From: a bacterium
GTDB taxonomy: Bacteria; Zhuqueibacterota; Zhuqueibacteria; Oceanimicrobiales; Oceanimicrobiaceae
Direction: 5' to 3'
DNA length: 26,497 nucleotides
NCBI GenBank assembly: GCA_037446635.1
Contig: JBBIIG010000021.1
Location: forward strand, 1-26,497
Part shown: positions 1-9,041 of the stretch, in pieces
Position numbering within the stretch: the first letter of the stretch is position 1
Layout: every line of letters begins with the position of its first letter
Program-made: the position numbers and the translations under genes
Notes under the pieces: generated by a model
Databases searched by the model: none
What the model was told of the DNA's origin: nothing
Seen by the model: only the letters and a program-made list of their open reading frames with translations

Positions 1-30
1 AAATTGTAGTCAGTACAAAGCTACTTTTGG

Positions 31-55
31 ACTGCGTGAGCCGCGCTCACGCAGT
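31..55. repeat. Perfect 11-bp inverted repeat (REP-like hairpin) just downstream of aceE
   Basis: actgcgtgagc-cgc-gctcacgcagt, 8 nt past the aceE stop. There is no U-tract on the minus strand, so it is not a clear intrinsic terminator. Confidence 0.6.
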
Positions 56-63
56 AAAGGGCA

Positions 64-2772
64 TCACGAAACCACCGGATCCGCTTTCTCCGCATCGACG
101 CCCAAATCTTTGATGGCCTTTTGCACCGCCGCCGGCTTGATGGCACCGCGCTGCGCCAACTGGTGCAGCACCGCAACCGCGATGCACTCGGCGTCCACCT
201 CGAAGAAGCGGCGCAGGGCTTCGCGGGTGTCGCTGCGGCCAAAGCCATCGGTGCCGAGGGAATAGAGCCCGCCGGGCACCCAGCGCGCAACCATGTCCGG
301 AACCAATTTCATATAATCCGAGGCCGCCACAAACGGCCCCTCCTCCTTTTCGAGAAGTTGCGTGATGTACGGCTTCCGGGGTTTTTCTGTGGGATGGAGC
401 ATATTCCAGCGCTCTGCGGCCAGGGCGTCGCGGCGCAACTCTTTATAGCTGGTGGCGCTCCAAACGTCGGCGGAAACGTCGAATTTCTCCAACAAAATTT
501 TCTGCGCGCGAATGGCTTCGTTCAAAATCGAGCCGCTGCCGAAGATGTGCGCCTTCGGGAGCGGCTTGCCGTTTTTGCCTTTGTCCGGCATCGTCGAAAA
601 TTTGTACAGCCCTTTGAGAATTCCCTCCCCCACCCCTTTGGGCATCGCGGCCATCGGATAATTTTCGTTGCCGAGCGTGATGTAATAAAAAATATCTTCG
701 CGATTGTGGTACATCCGCCGCAGACCGTCTTGAACGATCACCGCAATTTCATAAGCAAAAGTGGGATCATACGTCAGCAAATTAGGAATCGTGCTGGCCA
801 AAACGTGACTGTGGCCGTCCTCGTGCTGCAAGCCTTCGCCGTTCAGCGTCGTTCGTCCCGAAGTCGCGCCAAGCAAAAAGCCGCGGCCGCGCAGGTCGCC
901 GAACGCCCAGATCAAATCGCCGATGCGCTGGAAGCCGAACATCGAATAGAAAATGAAGAACGGGATCATATCGATGCCGTGGGTAGCATACGAGGTTCCC
1001 GCCGCGGTGAACGACGCCATCGAGCCGGCTTCAGTGATGCCTTCCTCTAAAATCTGGCCGTCTTTCGCTTCTTTGTAATAAAGGAAGGTGTTGGCGTCCA
1101 CGGGCTCGTACATTTGGCCCACGTGCGAGTAAATTCCGAACTGGCGGAAGAGTGACTCCATGCCGAAGGTGCGCGCTTCGTCCGGGACGATGGGCACGAC
1201 GTACTTGCCGACGGTTGGGTGCTTGAGCAGCAGCGTCAACATGCGCACAAAGGCCATAGTGGTGGAAACCTCGCGCTCCGAGCCTTTCATAAATTCGTCA
1301 AAAAAGTCGAGGCCGGGCACAGCCAGGGGCACAGAATAGACTTTGCGCTGCGGCACAAAACCACCCAGCGCGCGGCGGCGCTCCAGCAAATATTGGATTT
1401 CTTCGCTATTCTCCGGCGGGCGGTAAAAGGGCGCTTCTTCCACTTTCGAATCCGGGATGGGAATATCAAAGCGATCACGGAAAGATTTCAACTCCTCTTC
1501 GTTCAACTTTTTTTGTTGATGGGTGATGTTCTTGCCCTCGCCGGCTTCGCCCAAACCGTAGCCTTTGATGGTCTTCGCCAAAATCACCGTGGGCTGGCCC
1601 TGCGTTTCGATGGCTGCTTTGTACGCGGCATAGACCTTCACCGGGTCGTGGCCGCCGCGCTTCAGTTTTTGCAATTGTTCATCGCTGAGATTTTCCACCA
1701 TCTTCAGTAACTCCGGATGTTTGCCGAAGAAGTCGCGGCGAATGTAATCTCCCGATTCGACGGTGTACTTTTGATACTGGCCATCCACCACTTCGTTCAT
1801 GCGCTGCACCAACAGGCCGTGAGTATCCTGTTCCAACAACGCATCCCAATCACTGCCCCAGATCACTTTGATGACGTTCCAGCCGGCGCCGCGGAAAATA
1901 CGCTCCAACTCCTGGATGATTTTGCCGTTACCGCGCACCGGGCCATCGAGCCGCTGCAAGTTGCAGTTGATGACGAAAATCAAGTTATCTAACTGCTCGC
2001 GGGAAGCCAGCGTGATGGCGCCGAGGGCTTCCGGCTCGTCGGTTTCGCCGTCGCCCAAAAACGCCCACACGTGGCTGTTCTCAGTTTCTTTAATGCCGCG
2101 ATCTTTCAGATAGCGATTGAAGCGCGCCTGATAAATCGCGGTGATGGGCGAAAGCCCCATTGACACGGTGGGAAATTCCCAGAAATTGGGCATCAGCCAG
2201 GGATGCGGATACGACGACAGCCCGCCGCCTGCTGCCAACTCGCGGCGGAAGTTTTCCATTTGCGTCTCGCTGATTCGCCCCTCCAAAAAGGCGCGGGCGT
2301 AAATGCCCGGCGAAGCGTGCCCCTGGAAGAAAATCTGGTCGCCGTCAAAATCCTGGCCGCGGGCGCGGAAAAAATGGTTGAAGCCGATTTCGTAGAGGGT
2401 GGCCGCCGAGGCGTAGGTGGAAATGTGCCCACCAATACCCGGATAGTGCTTGTTGGCGCGCACCACCAGCGCCATGGCGTTCCAGCGAATCAAGCTTTTG
2501 ATGCGGCGCTCCAGCACGCGGTCGCCGGGGAACGGCGGCTGCTGCTCAACAGAAATGGTGTTGATGTACGGCGTGTTGGCCGAAAACGGCAGCCGCACGC
2601 CTTCCTGGTAGCTGCGTTCAACTAATTTTTTGAGGAGAAAGCGGGTACGGTCTTCCCCCTTAATTTCGATGATATCTTCCAGCGCCTCCAGCCACTCGGC
2701 GGTTTCTTCCATGTCGGTATCGCCGTTGTAACTGTTGGCCTGTAAAAATTGAGAGACAGTTTCTTCGGACAT
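64..2772 (-). CDS. aceE: Pyruvate dehydrogenase E1 component, homodimeric (AceE type)
   Basis: 902 aa with ETAEWLEAL, TPYINTI, GGHISTYASAA, GLSSYPHPWLMP, FPTVSMGL, the ThDP motif GDGETDEPE...NCNLQRLDGPVRGNGKIIQELE, PDEARTFGME, EGLQHEDGHS and LGTDGFGRSDTREALRRFFEVD. Confidence 0.98.
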   Translation of the reverse strand: MSEETVSQFLQANSYNGDTDMEETAEWLEALEDIIEIKGEDRTRFLLKKLVERSYQEGVRLPFSANTPYINTISVEQQPPFPGDRVLERRIKSLIRWNAMALVVRANKHYPGIGGHISTYASAATLYEIGFNHFFRARGQDFDGDQIFFQGHASPGIYARAFLEGRISETQMENFRRELAAGGGLSSYPHPWLMPNFWEFPTVSMGLSPITAIYQARFNRYLKDRGIKETENSHVWAFLGDGETDEPEALGAITLASREQLDNLIFVINCNLQRLDGPVRGNGKIIQELERIFRGAGWNVIKVIWGSDWDALLEQDTHGLLVQRMNEVVDGQYQKYTVESGDYIRRDFFGKHPELLKMVENLSDEQLQKLKRGGHDPVKVYAAYKAAIETQGQPTVILAKTIKGYGLGEAGEGKNITHQQKKLNEEELKSFRDRFDIPIPDSKVEEAPFYRPPENSEEIQYLLERRRALGGFVPQRKVYSVPLAVPGLDFFDEFMKGSEREVSTTMAFVRMLTLLLKHPTVGKYVVPIVPDEARTFGMESLFRQFGIYSHVGQMYEPVDANTFLYYKEAKDGQILEEGITEAGSMASFTAAGTSYATHGIDMIPFFIFYSMFGFQRIGDLIWAFGDLRGRGFLLGATSGRTTLNGEGLQHEDGHSHVLASTIPNLLTYDPTFAYEIAVIVQDGLRRMYHNREDIFYYITLGNENYPMAAMPKGVGEGILKGLYKFSTMPDKGKNGKPLPKAHIFGSGSILNEAIRAQKILLEKFDVSADVWSATSYKELRRDALAAERWNMLHPTEKPRKPYITQLLEKEEGPFVAASDYMKLVPDMVARWVPGGLYSLGTDGFGRSDTREALRRFFEVDAECIAVAVLHQLAQRGAIKPAAVQKAIKDLGVDAEKADPVVS

Positions 2773-2827
2773 GATTGGTGTACCCTTCGTTTTGTTTCAG
2801 CTTAAATTACAGCGCCAATCTGCATAG

Positions 2828-2908
2828 TGGATCAATGGATTTTTGGATCAATGGATTAATGAAAAAGCAGATCACACTGATCCAATGATCCATTAATCCA
2901 ACAATCCG
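2828..2908. repeat. Degenerate 8-bp tandem repeats followed by their inverted counterpart
   Basis: tggatcaa tggatttt tggatcaa tggattaa (2828-2859), then tccaatga tccattaa tccaacaa tcc (2881-2907). Confidence 0.75.
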
Positions 2909-2971
2909 CTTCATTTGAGTAAAGGTTCAAAGTTACCAGCATTAGCGTTGATTCGCGTCCATTCGTAGTTG

Positions 2972-3014
2972 AAATTAAAAATGGCTACTTAAAGCGTTCG
3001 AAAAATAGCCATTT
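2972..3014 (-). terminator. Possible intrinsic terminator or attenuator hairpin in the aceE leader
   Basis: Minus strand aaatggcta...tagccattt forms a 9-bp stem followed by a U-rich tail (ttaattt). It lies between the predicted promoter and the aceE start. The stem is AT-rich and the loop long. Confidence 0.35.
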
Positions 3015-3055
3015 GCTGAGTTGGCGCCGTGCGGTTTATCGAACCAACGGGCGGC

Positions 3056-3084
3056 AATTTAAAACATTTTTGGGTAAATGTCAA
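3056..3084 (-). promoter_or_regulatory. Sigma-70-type promoter for aceE
   Basis: Minus strand TTGACA (3084-3079), 17-nt spacer, TAAATT (3061-3056). Confidence 0.65.
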
Positions 3085-3310
3085 CGGGAGAAATGGGGCG
3101 GGACAAACCAGCGGGGGGCTTTCAAATCTCCCCTGGTAAGGAGTGCTCTGCAAAGCCTGTGAGATTTCAAAAAACAGTTTGACTTTAACAAACAGATTAA
3201 ATATGTTTTTACGAAACCAACACTTTATACTCTCTTTAAGAGTTCGACTTCGGCCAGCTCAACTGGCGCCATCCCTAAACCCTCTAAAGCCTAATTTTTT
3301 AGCGGTGATG

Positions 3311-4189
3311 TTACTCAGGAAAATAGCTTGCGCTGAGTTTTCCAGACGGCGCCGTTTCATAAAACTCAAAGACATTAATGATGATCTCGTCCTTCCGCCC
3401 GTAAAAGTGCCGATACAACTCCGCCACCGGCCGCAGGTTGAACTTCAGCGCGGCGCTGATCAGGCCATCGCAGGGGTCGTCGTGGTCTTCGTGGCGCAAA
3501 TAGAGATTGGCCTGCACCGGATACGATTCCAGAAACGCGGCGGGACTCATGAACAGCGCGTAGTCGTGCTCGGCGCAGCCGCCGCCGTGGGTGATGGCCA
3601 GCGTCAATGTGTCGCCGGAGATGGAAAGCGATTGCAGATGAAACGGATCGAGCTGCAGCGAATCCGGCGGCTGCTCGGTGATGATCACAAAATTCTCATC
3701 CGGACCGGCATCGCCGATCACCTCGAAATCAATTCGCTGCGGCTCGGGAGTTTCAAGACGATCAAACCGCAGCCGCGGCTTCGCCCAGGCGGTGTAGCGG
3801 CCCGGCGGCAGCAGGCTGTGCTGCACCACGGAATGCCAGTTGTAAATATGAACCAACTTTTGGGACGCCGGCAACGTCCCGCGTACAATCACGGTCGCGT
3901 AAGCGAAGCCGTCGTCGGAAGTTCCCACCAGCAGACCCTCGCGATAAAGCTCAAAGGTGACAAACGGGCCGGTGTCGGGATTGGTGAACGGCTGATCTTT
4001 GCCGGTCAAATTTTGCAGAGAATAATTGAAGGTCACATCCTGTCCCACTTCAAACGTTGTGGTCTGCTGGCCGGCGGGATCGGTGAGATAAAATTCGCTG
4101 AGGAGGCCGTCGTGGAATTGGAAGAAAGCAGGTTGGTCGCAGCTCAGAAGTAAAGCCAGTATCCAACCTAAGAGTAATTTATTTTTCAT
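3311..4189 (-). CDS. Two-domain lipoprotein: BsuPI-like Ig-fold N-domain plus NigD-C-like (GGGC..H) C-domain
   Basis: Lipobox LLSC after MKNKLLLGWILAL (alternative TTG start at 4195). The N-domain FEVGQDVTFNYSLQNLTG...FAYATVIVRGTLPA...W...LLPPGRYTA resembles BsuPI. The C-domain is ISGDTLTLAITHGGGCAEHDYAL...FLESYPVQANLYLRH...DDPCDGLI...FNL. Confidence 0.6.
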   Translation of the reverse strand: MKNKLLLGWILALLLSCDQPAFFQFHDGLLSEFYLTDPAGQQTTTFEVGQDVTFNYSLQNLTGKDQPFTNPDTGPFVTFELYREGLLVGTSDDGFAYATVIVRGTLPASQKLVHIYNWHSVVQHSLLPPGRYTAWAKPRLRFDRLETPEPQRIDFEVIGDAGPDENFVIITEQPPDSLQLDPFHLQSLSISGDTLTLAITHGGGCAEHDYALFMSPAAFLESYPVQANLYLRHEDHDDPCDGLISAALKFNLRPVAELYRHFYGRKDEIIINVFEFYETAPSGKLSASYFPE

Positions 4190-4231
4190 GTTCAACCAGT
4201 AAGTCTATCGCTGATGTGCATATTCTGAAAC

Positions 4232-4615
4232 TCATTGAATCACCATCGTCGTATCTACCCCGGTGCTGTCGAACGGCCAAAACCGAAATGTGTAGGTACC
4301 GGGCGACGGAACGGTAATGCCTGCTGGCGCATCTAAACTTGATATTACTGCAATACAAGGATCATTGTTAATTCTCTTCGCAATAATTTTGAAATTTATC
4401 TCAGTTCCGGAGATCGTGCGCTCAGTTCGAACAAATTCCCAACAAGGTTCGGGAAGGCCACATCGCACAATAAAAGAAACGCTTCGCCCAGAAACAGCCG
4501 CGCTCTTAATTAAATAAGCAGGAACTGGAACGGGCTCTGGCAGCCTCTCCCCAGAGTCGAGCAAGCATCCGGAGAAGCCAAGCAAAATGGAAAGGCAAAT
4601 ATTGGTTGTTCTCAT
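4232..4615 (-). CDS. Small lipoprotein, beta-sandwich with PEPC...NDPCIAVI Cys pair
   Basis: Lipobox FSGC, 127 aa, GAGG RBS upstream, Ig-like C-terminal strand PGTYTFRFW. Confidence 0.7.
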   Translation of the reverse strand: MRTTNICLSILLGFSGCLLDSGERLPEPVPVPAYLIKSAAVSGRSVSFIVRCGLPEPCWEFVRTERTISGTEINFKIIAKRINNDPCIAVISSLDAPAGITVPSPGTYTFRFWPFDSTGVDTTMVIQ

Positions 4616-4635
4616 AAATTGCCTCTAATCAGAAT

Positions 4636-5616
4636 CTAAATATTTTCCGGCCTCCCGCTAACCAACACTAGCGTCACTGCTTTGCCGCCGTCTCGCAATT
4701 CATCAAAAATAAAAAGCTGCGGGTAAACCCGGTAGTCATTTAAAAGCCGCCGCACCAATTTGTAATTCAGAGCAGTGAGAACCCGACCCGTTTCCGGAAT
4801 ATCGCTCAAAGCAAAACCAAATTCCATTGGCCAATATCGAATTGGAATGCCCCACACCTGAAAATAACTGCCGATGTTTTCCTCGAAAGTCGGGCCTTGG
4901 CGGGATAAGCCAAGGGTAAAAAGCGAATCGCCTTCCCAAAAAACAATCTCATAGAGCGAAACCTGTCTATCGAGTTGATCCAGATAATTGAATATCTGAC
5001 GGTACTGTTCGGTGTTATTGAAATAAATTCTTTCACCGGAATGATCCCCCAGCTTGATGGCCTCTGAAAATGGCCAGATATGAATGGCAAAACTCTGATA
5101 AATCAGCAGGGTGCCAGAATCCGGGTTCTCGAGAATCATTCCGTTGACTCGGTGGAGCTCGCTCAAAAGAACATTCAATTTCTTCGGATAATCGGCGCCA
5201 TCTTCAACCTCTACGGTTTTGGTGGCGCCATCTGAGGTGTAAGAAATGGCATAGAAAAATCCATCCGCTATGGGATGCTTCGGCTCATACTTTCTGCGCA
5301 GCGCGATGAAGTCCGCCTGGTCAAATGCGTCTTTGAGACTATCCAGTTGCACTGGCGTCAGCTCATAATGAACAACAAATTTTTGAGGGTAGTACCTGTG
5401 GCTAAGTTCGGCCTGACCGTTTTCATCAATTGTAGTTTGCACGTGAATGCCCCCGAATCCGCCGCTGATGGTGTAAGCGATGTGCGCCGGATGGGAGTAA
5501 TCCCAAGGGTTGCTGAAATCGCAGGCGGTGGACACCAGGAATATCGCCGCGACAAAATAATAACCGAGGAAAACCTTCGTCATCGAAATCTTAACGATTA
5601 AGAAGCCGAACCTCAT
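4636..5616 (-). CDS. Lipoprotein with N-terminal emfourin (protealysin/M4 inhibitor)-like domain and unknown C-domain
   Basis: Lipobox STAC. Motifs YTISGGFGG...LTPVQLDSLKDAF...F.AL...ADGFFYAISY...KTVEV...PKKLNVLLSEL. ATGA overlap with the serpin stop (alternative start at 5583). Confidence 0.65.
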   Translation of the reverse strand: MRFGFLIVKISMTKVFLGYYFVAAIFLVSTACDFSNPWDYSHPAHIAYTISGGFGGIHVQTTIDENGQAELSHRYYPQKFVVHYELTPVQLDSLKDAFDQADFIALRRKYEPKHPIADGFFYAISYTSDGATKTVEVEDGADYPKKLNVLLSELHRVNGMILENPDSGTLLIYQSFAIHIWPFSEAIKLGDHSGERIYFNNTEQYRQIFNYLDQLDRQVSLYEIVFWEGDSLFTLGLSRQGPTFEENIGSYFQVWGIPIRYWPMEFGFALSDIPETGRVLTALNYKLVRRLLNDYRVYPQLFIFDELRDGGKAVTLVLVSGRPENI

Positions 5617-6848
5617 AATTTTGGCTCCACAATTTTGCCCATAAAAAGAATCGCGCCGGAATGATGATCGCGAATCACAAAAAGGAACGGACGGTCCACG
5701 CGCATGAGCGGATACGATGGCACCGACGTTTCCGCGACTTCCACCGACGTCACCGCCGCGGCTTCCGTGCCTTCTTCATCGACTTTCACAAACGTTTTGT
5801 GGATGACTTCGTCGATATAAAGACCGCCCGGTGCGTACATGCGGGTGAAATCGGCAGCGCCGCTGAAAGCAATTTCCATCCCCAGCGCTTTCAGAACGTT
5901 GTTCATCGTCAATTCATATTCAAGCGTGAATTTCGGAAATTGCAGCTCCGTAGTACGATCGACAAAACTGCTTAGCCAGGCATCCCAATTCTCCTGAGTC
6001 AACTCCGCCAGCAGCGCGTTGACATCGAGGGGAAGTTTGGGAAGAAAGATGGTCATGCTAAACAGCTTGTCGCCGTACGGCAAATCCACGGCCTGGAACA
6101 AATCGTTTTCAAAGTATGACAGCGTGCCCGTCATGTTCATCATCTTGCAGGGAATTGGCGAACCGTCTAATTTCGTGAACTGGTCATCGCGGGTGTTTTC
6201 TTTTTTGAACTCGAACGTCCACGTGCCTTTGAAATAAATGGCGTTGATGAGGAACATCACGGTATTCCAATCGATCGCATCGGGTTTGACGATCTCCGAA
6301 ATTTTGCCGTGGGTTTTATCCTTCACCCACGCGTTCATCAGCGCCGCGGCGGCTTCCGCATCGTTGAAATTCACCGCGCGCACCACCGCGTCGAAAAATT
6401 GCTTGTTAACATCGATGAAAGTTTGCTCGAACGCCATGCCCTCGCGGTACCAGATGGAGTTGCCAATCTCAAACGTGACTTTGCGATCGAGGTTGGTGAG
6501 CAAGTCAATCAAGCTGCGATAGGTTTGGTTGATGTCGTCTGTGGTCATGCCGGTGAATTCCAGCGTCTGTTCCATTGCCGCCTGGGTTTCGCCGGCAGCG
6601 CCGTTGAGGGTCATGCCCAGTGCCATCGACACGCTCAGCGGCGAGATGAAAATGTTTTTGTCCGCGTCTTCCTGCCGGTTGATTTCGTTGAACAACTTCA
6701 ACCCGAATTTGTTGTCGGACGCCACCAGACTTTTTTCAAGTGCCGTTAATTCGCGGGCTTCCGGCGCCACCGGATTTTGCTGGTGGATGCAGCGCGTCAA
6801 AAGCAGGGTCAGAAGACACAGCGCGAAGAATGTCATTTTTTTCATCAT
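5613..6848 (-). CDS. Serpin-family serine protease inhibitor (probable lipoprotein)
   Basis: NIFISPLSVSMALGMTLNGAAGET, NAWVKDKTHGKI, LINAIYFKGTW, inhibitory hinge EEGTEAAAVT and signature DRPFLFVIRD...ILFMGKI. Signal peptide ends LLTRC. Confidence 0.97.
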   Translation of the reverse strand: MMKKMTFFALCLLTLLLTRCIHQQNPVAPEARELTALEKSLVASDNKFGLKLFNEINRQEDADKNIFISPLSVSMALGMTLNGAAGETQAAMEQTLEFTGMTTDDINQTYRSLIDLLTNLDRKVTFEIGNSIWYREGMAFEQTFIDVNKQFFDAVVRAVNFNDAEAAAALMNAWVKDKTHGKISEIVKPDAIDWNTVMFLINAIYFKGTWTFEFKKENTRDDQFTKLDGSPIPCKMMNMTGTLSYFENDLFQAVDLPYGDKLFSMTIFLPKLPLDVNALLAELTQENWDAWLSSFVDRTTELQFPKFTLEYELTMNNVLKALGMEIAFSGAADFTRMYAPGGLYIDEVIHKTFVKVDEEGTEAAAVTSVEVAETSVPSYPLMRVDRPFLFVIRDHHSGAILFMGKIVEPKL

Positions 6849-6855
6849 AGCAAAA

Positions 6856-7275
6856 TCACCTCACAAGTCTTGAAATTTTTAAAAGCGCGCGATAATCAGA
6901 ATCGCGCGGTTGGCGATCCGATTGCGGATACGGATCCAATTGCAACAGCGTGATGCGATATCCAATCGTATCAACGGGTTGATGGGCGAGGGTATCCGAC
7001 TGAGCAACGAATCCGGGAATGGCCAGCTCCACCTGAACAGAATCCGCGGCCGTTTGCAGCAGCAGCCCAATGCGGGCGCGGCCCGCCCAGACGCAAATCG
7101 CATCGCTGGGACAGCGCGACTCCTCCAGCACTTGTTGAAATTCGATGCACAGGTTGTCTGGCGTTAAAACCTTCTCGCCGAAGTTCAAAAAAAATGGTTC
7201 ATCCAAGTTCACTGGACTCAAAATACCTTCACAAGCACAGAAGAGCACGAGCGCAAGCAACGCGACTTTTTTCAT
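6856..7275 (-). CDS. Small lipoprotein with SRCPxDxxCxWAG motif
   Basis: Lipobox FCAC, motifs ESRCPSDAICVWAG and YRITLLQLDPYP, AGGAG RBS. Ends 7 nt before the serpin start. Confidence 0.8.
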   Translation of the reverse strand: MKKVALLALVLFCACEGILSPVNLDEPFFLNFGEKVLTPDNLCIEFQQVLEESRCPSDAICVWAGRARIGLLLQTAADSVQVELAIPGFVAQSDTLAHQPVDTIGYRITLLQLDPYPQSDRQPRDSDYRALLKISRLVR

Positions 7276-7310
7276 ATCATTACTCCTAAAAAGTACCCTT
7301 CGAGTTCATC

Positions 7311-7766
7311 TTAGTCCCCTTCTGCAAAACCTCTAATGACGATTTTAGAGGCCGGAAAAAGCAACTGCTCCGCACTCAAAATCATGCTCGAAATCCGCAC
7401 GGCTTCATAACAGCCGTTTTCTTTTTTCTCCTTGCCGGCCTGCCACCAAAACAACACCGCTTCGTCTCCGGGTTCATATTCCCAAATTTCATTCACCACC
7501 AGCGAACGTTGCTGAAAGGGCGGGATGCGATTCGGATCGTCCGGGCAACTTTGAAGTCTAATAAGAATGGAAGCCAAACTGCCGCGCTCAAAGGCGGCAA
7601 AATAGATGGCTGTGCCGGTGGCGTTCACAATGGTGAGCTCGCCGTCTATTCCGGCGATGATTTCAAACGGATTGGAATTGCTGGAGCAGCCAACCAGAAA
7701 TATCAGGATCGAGACAATCTCACAACGAAATAAGCGTTTCCAAAAACTGTTTGTTGCTTTTGCCAT
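7311..7766 (-). CDS. Hypothetical lipoprotein
   Basis: GGAGG RBS, lipobox LVGC, 151 aa, two further Cys in the mature part. Confidence 0.75.
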   Translation of the reverse strand: MAKATNSFWKRLFRCEIVSILIFLVGCSSNSNPFEIIAGIDGELTIVNATGTAIYFAAFERGSLASILIRLQSCPDDPNRIPPFQQRSLVVNEIWEYEPGDEAVLFWWQAGKEKKENGCYEAVRISSMILSAEQLLFPASKIVIRGFAEGD

Positions 7767-7797
7767 TACTTTTTCCTCCAGCCGTCTGGTAGAAATT

Positions 7798-8409
7798 TTA
7801 AAACTTAAGCTGCAGCGACGACATCATCGGCAGCACGTCGTTGCTGTGGTAGCTGGTGGCGAATCTTCCCTCGATCAGCCAATTTAAATTGGAGCGGATG
7901 GGAAGCGCCGCGCCCAGGCCGATGGCGATCCAGCCTTCCGAGAAATTTTTGTGGAATTGCGGGCGGCCATCATCTGCTGGCATGACGACAGGAAATCTCT
8001 CCTGAAGCTGCTCAAACGCCACACCGCCCAACACGCTGATAAATGGAGAGACGATCTTTCCCGGACTTATCAATCTCGTTCCAATTAAGAGGTTATAAAC
8101 CTGAGCATCGCGCCCATCGTTTTGCGCTTGAGCTTTGTTTGATCGCAGCTCAAAAATCGGCGGCTCGACGTCAAACGGGTAGCGCTGGTAATCAAAACCT
8201 GCAGTAAGTGCGATGGAGCGGTTCAACGAAAACGCGCCGCCCAAATGGACGCCCCAGCCGTTGCCGTAATTGCCAAGCTTGCGGTTTTGAGACAGATTGA
8301 TCACGTACCCGCCGCCGAACTCAATTTGAAATTTGGATTGCGAAAATGAAAACGAAGCGGGAAGACATACAATCGCTGATCCTATTATAATTAGCCCACT
8401 CTTTTTCAT
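7798..8409 (-). CDS. Small outer-membrane beta-barrel protein (OmpA/OmpW-like, ~8 strands)
   Basis: Signal peptide, alternating beta-strands (FQIEFGGGY, WGVHLGGAF, SPFISVLGGV, IAIGLGAAL, WLIEGRF) and C-terminal LQLKF (BAM signal). Confidence 0.8.
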   Translation of the reverse strand: MKKSGLIIIGSAIVCLPASFSFSQSKFQIEFGGGYVINLSQNRKLGNYGNGWGVHLGGAFSLNRSIALTAGFDYQRYPFDVEPPIFELRSNKAQAQNDGRDAQVYNLLIGTRLISPGKIVSPFISVLGGVAFEQLQERFPVVMPADDGRPQFHKNFSEGWIAIGLGAALPIRSNLNWLIEGRFATSYHSNDVLPMMSSLQLKF

Positions 8410-8435
8410 TGCATCCTGACCTCGCTAATGAATGA

Positions 8436-8477
8436 TTCAATCTCTACCCCGTTCACCAACGCTGATTTTAACTCAAA
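8436..8477 (-). pseudogene. Relic 3' end of a paralog of the 9042..9629 gene
   Basis: Intergenic DNA translates to FELKSALVNGVEIE, versus IQLQSAVVNGVEIN at the C-terminus of 9042..9629. Confidence 0.65.
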
Positions 8478-8483
8478 CGAACT

Positions 8484-9017
8484 TCATCCTTCGATACAAT
8501 ATTCAAATGCGAATGGATTAATGTTTGTCCGAAAACGTCCGTTGGTGAACTCGATCTTATCAAAGGGCGCTTCCTCATTTTTTACTCGGAGGTTGAAGAT
8601 TCCGCGCAACTCTCCGCTGTTCTTATCATAACTTTCAATCTCCACTCGATTGGGATAACCCGTATCCAGGAGATATCGCCGAAACGGAATGCAAAGTCCC
8701 AAGTCCCAGTACCCCGTCATTTGCTGATTGATGGCAACCCGGCCTTTAGGCGCCAGTTGGAAGGTTAACATCAAAGTCCGATCCCACTCAGCAGCCGAAC
8801 CTCTTAGAACGAGCTCACCTTCCTGGTATCCATTTGGGTTGGCGAAAAGATATAGATGATACTCCCGACCCTCGATGCTTACCGTCAACTGGCCGTCAAA
8901 AGGCTCTGGAATTTTCAGCGGTTCAAGTTCAACGTGCTTCGGTTCGAAGGTGTGTTGACAAGAAAAAATGACCGCCAACAAACCTGCCATCAATAATATA
9001 AATCTGAGCAACTTCAT
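8484..9017 (-). CDS. Hypothetical beta-rich lipoprotein
   Basis: GAGAGG RBS, lipobox IFSC, 177 aa, two additional Cys. Confidence 0.75.
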   Translation of the reverse strand: MKLLRFILLMAGLLAVIFSCQHTFEPKHVELEPLKIPEPFDGQLTVSIEGREYHLYLFANPNGYQEGELVLRGSAAEWDRTLMLTFQLAPKGRVAINQQMTGYWDLGLCIPFRRYLLDTGYPNRVEIESYDKNSGELRGIFNLRVKNEEAPFDKIEFTNGRFRTNINPFAFEYCIEG

Positions 9018-9041
9018 TGAAACCTCTCTGCTGTGATGATA

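Noticed and set aside
121..2625. Long plus-strand ORFs opposite aceE, and similar antisense ORFs such as 3143..4153, 11517..12287, 18119..18895, 22072..22950 and 25588..26325
   Set aside because: Shadow ORFs of GC-rich genes; no recognisable motifs, and almost entirely overlapped by well-supported minus-strand CDSs.
8406..8486. Selenocysteine or stop read-through at the TGA of 8484..9017
   Set aside because: The downstream peptide is better explained as a relic of another gene family, and no SECIS-like hairpin is evident.
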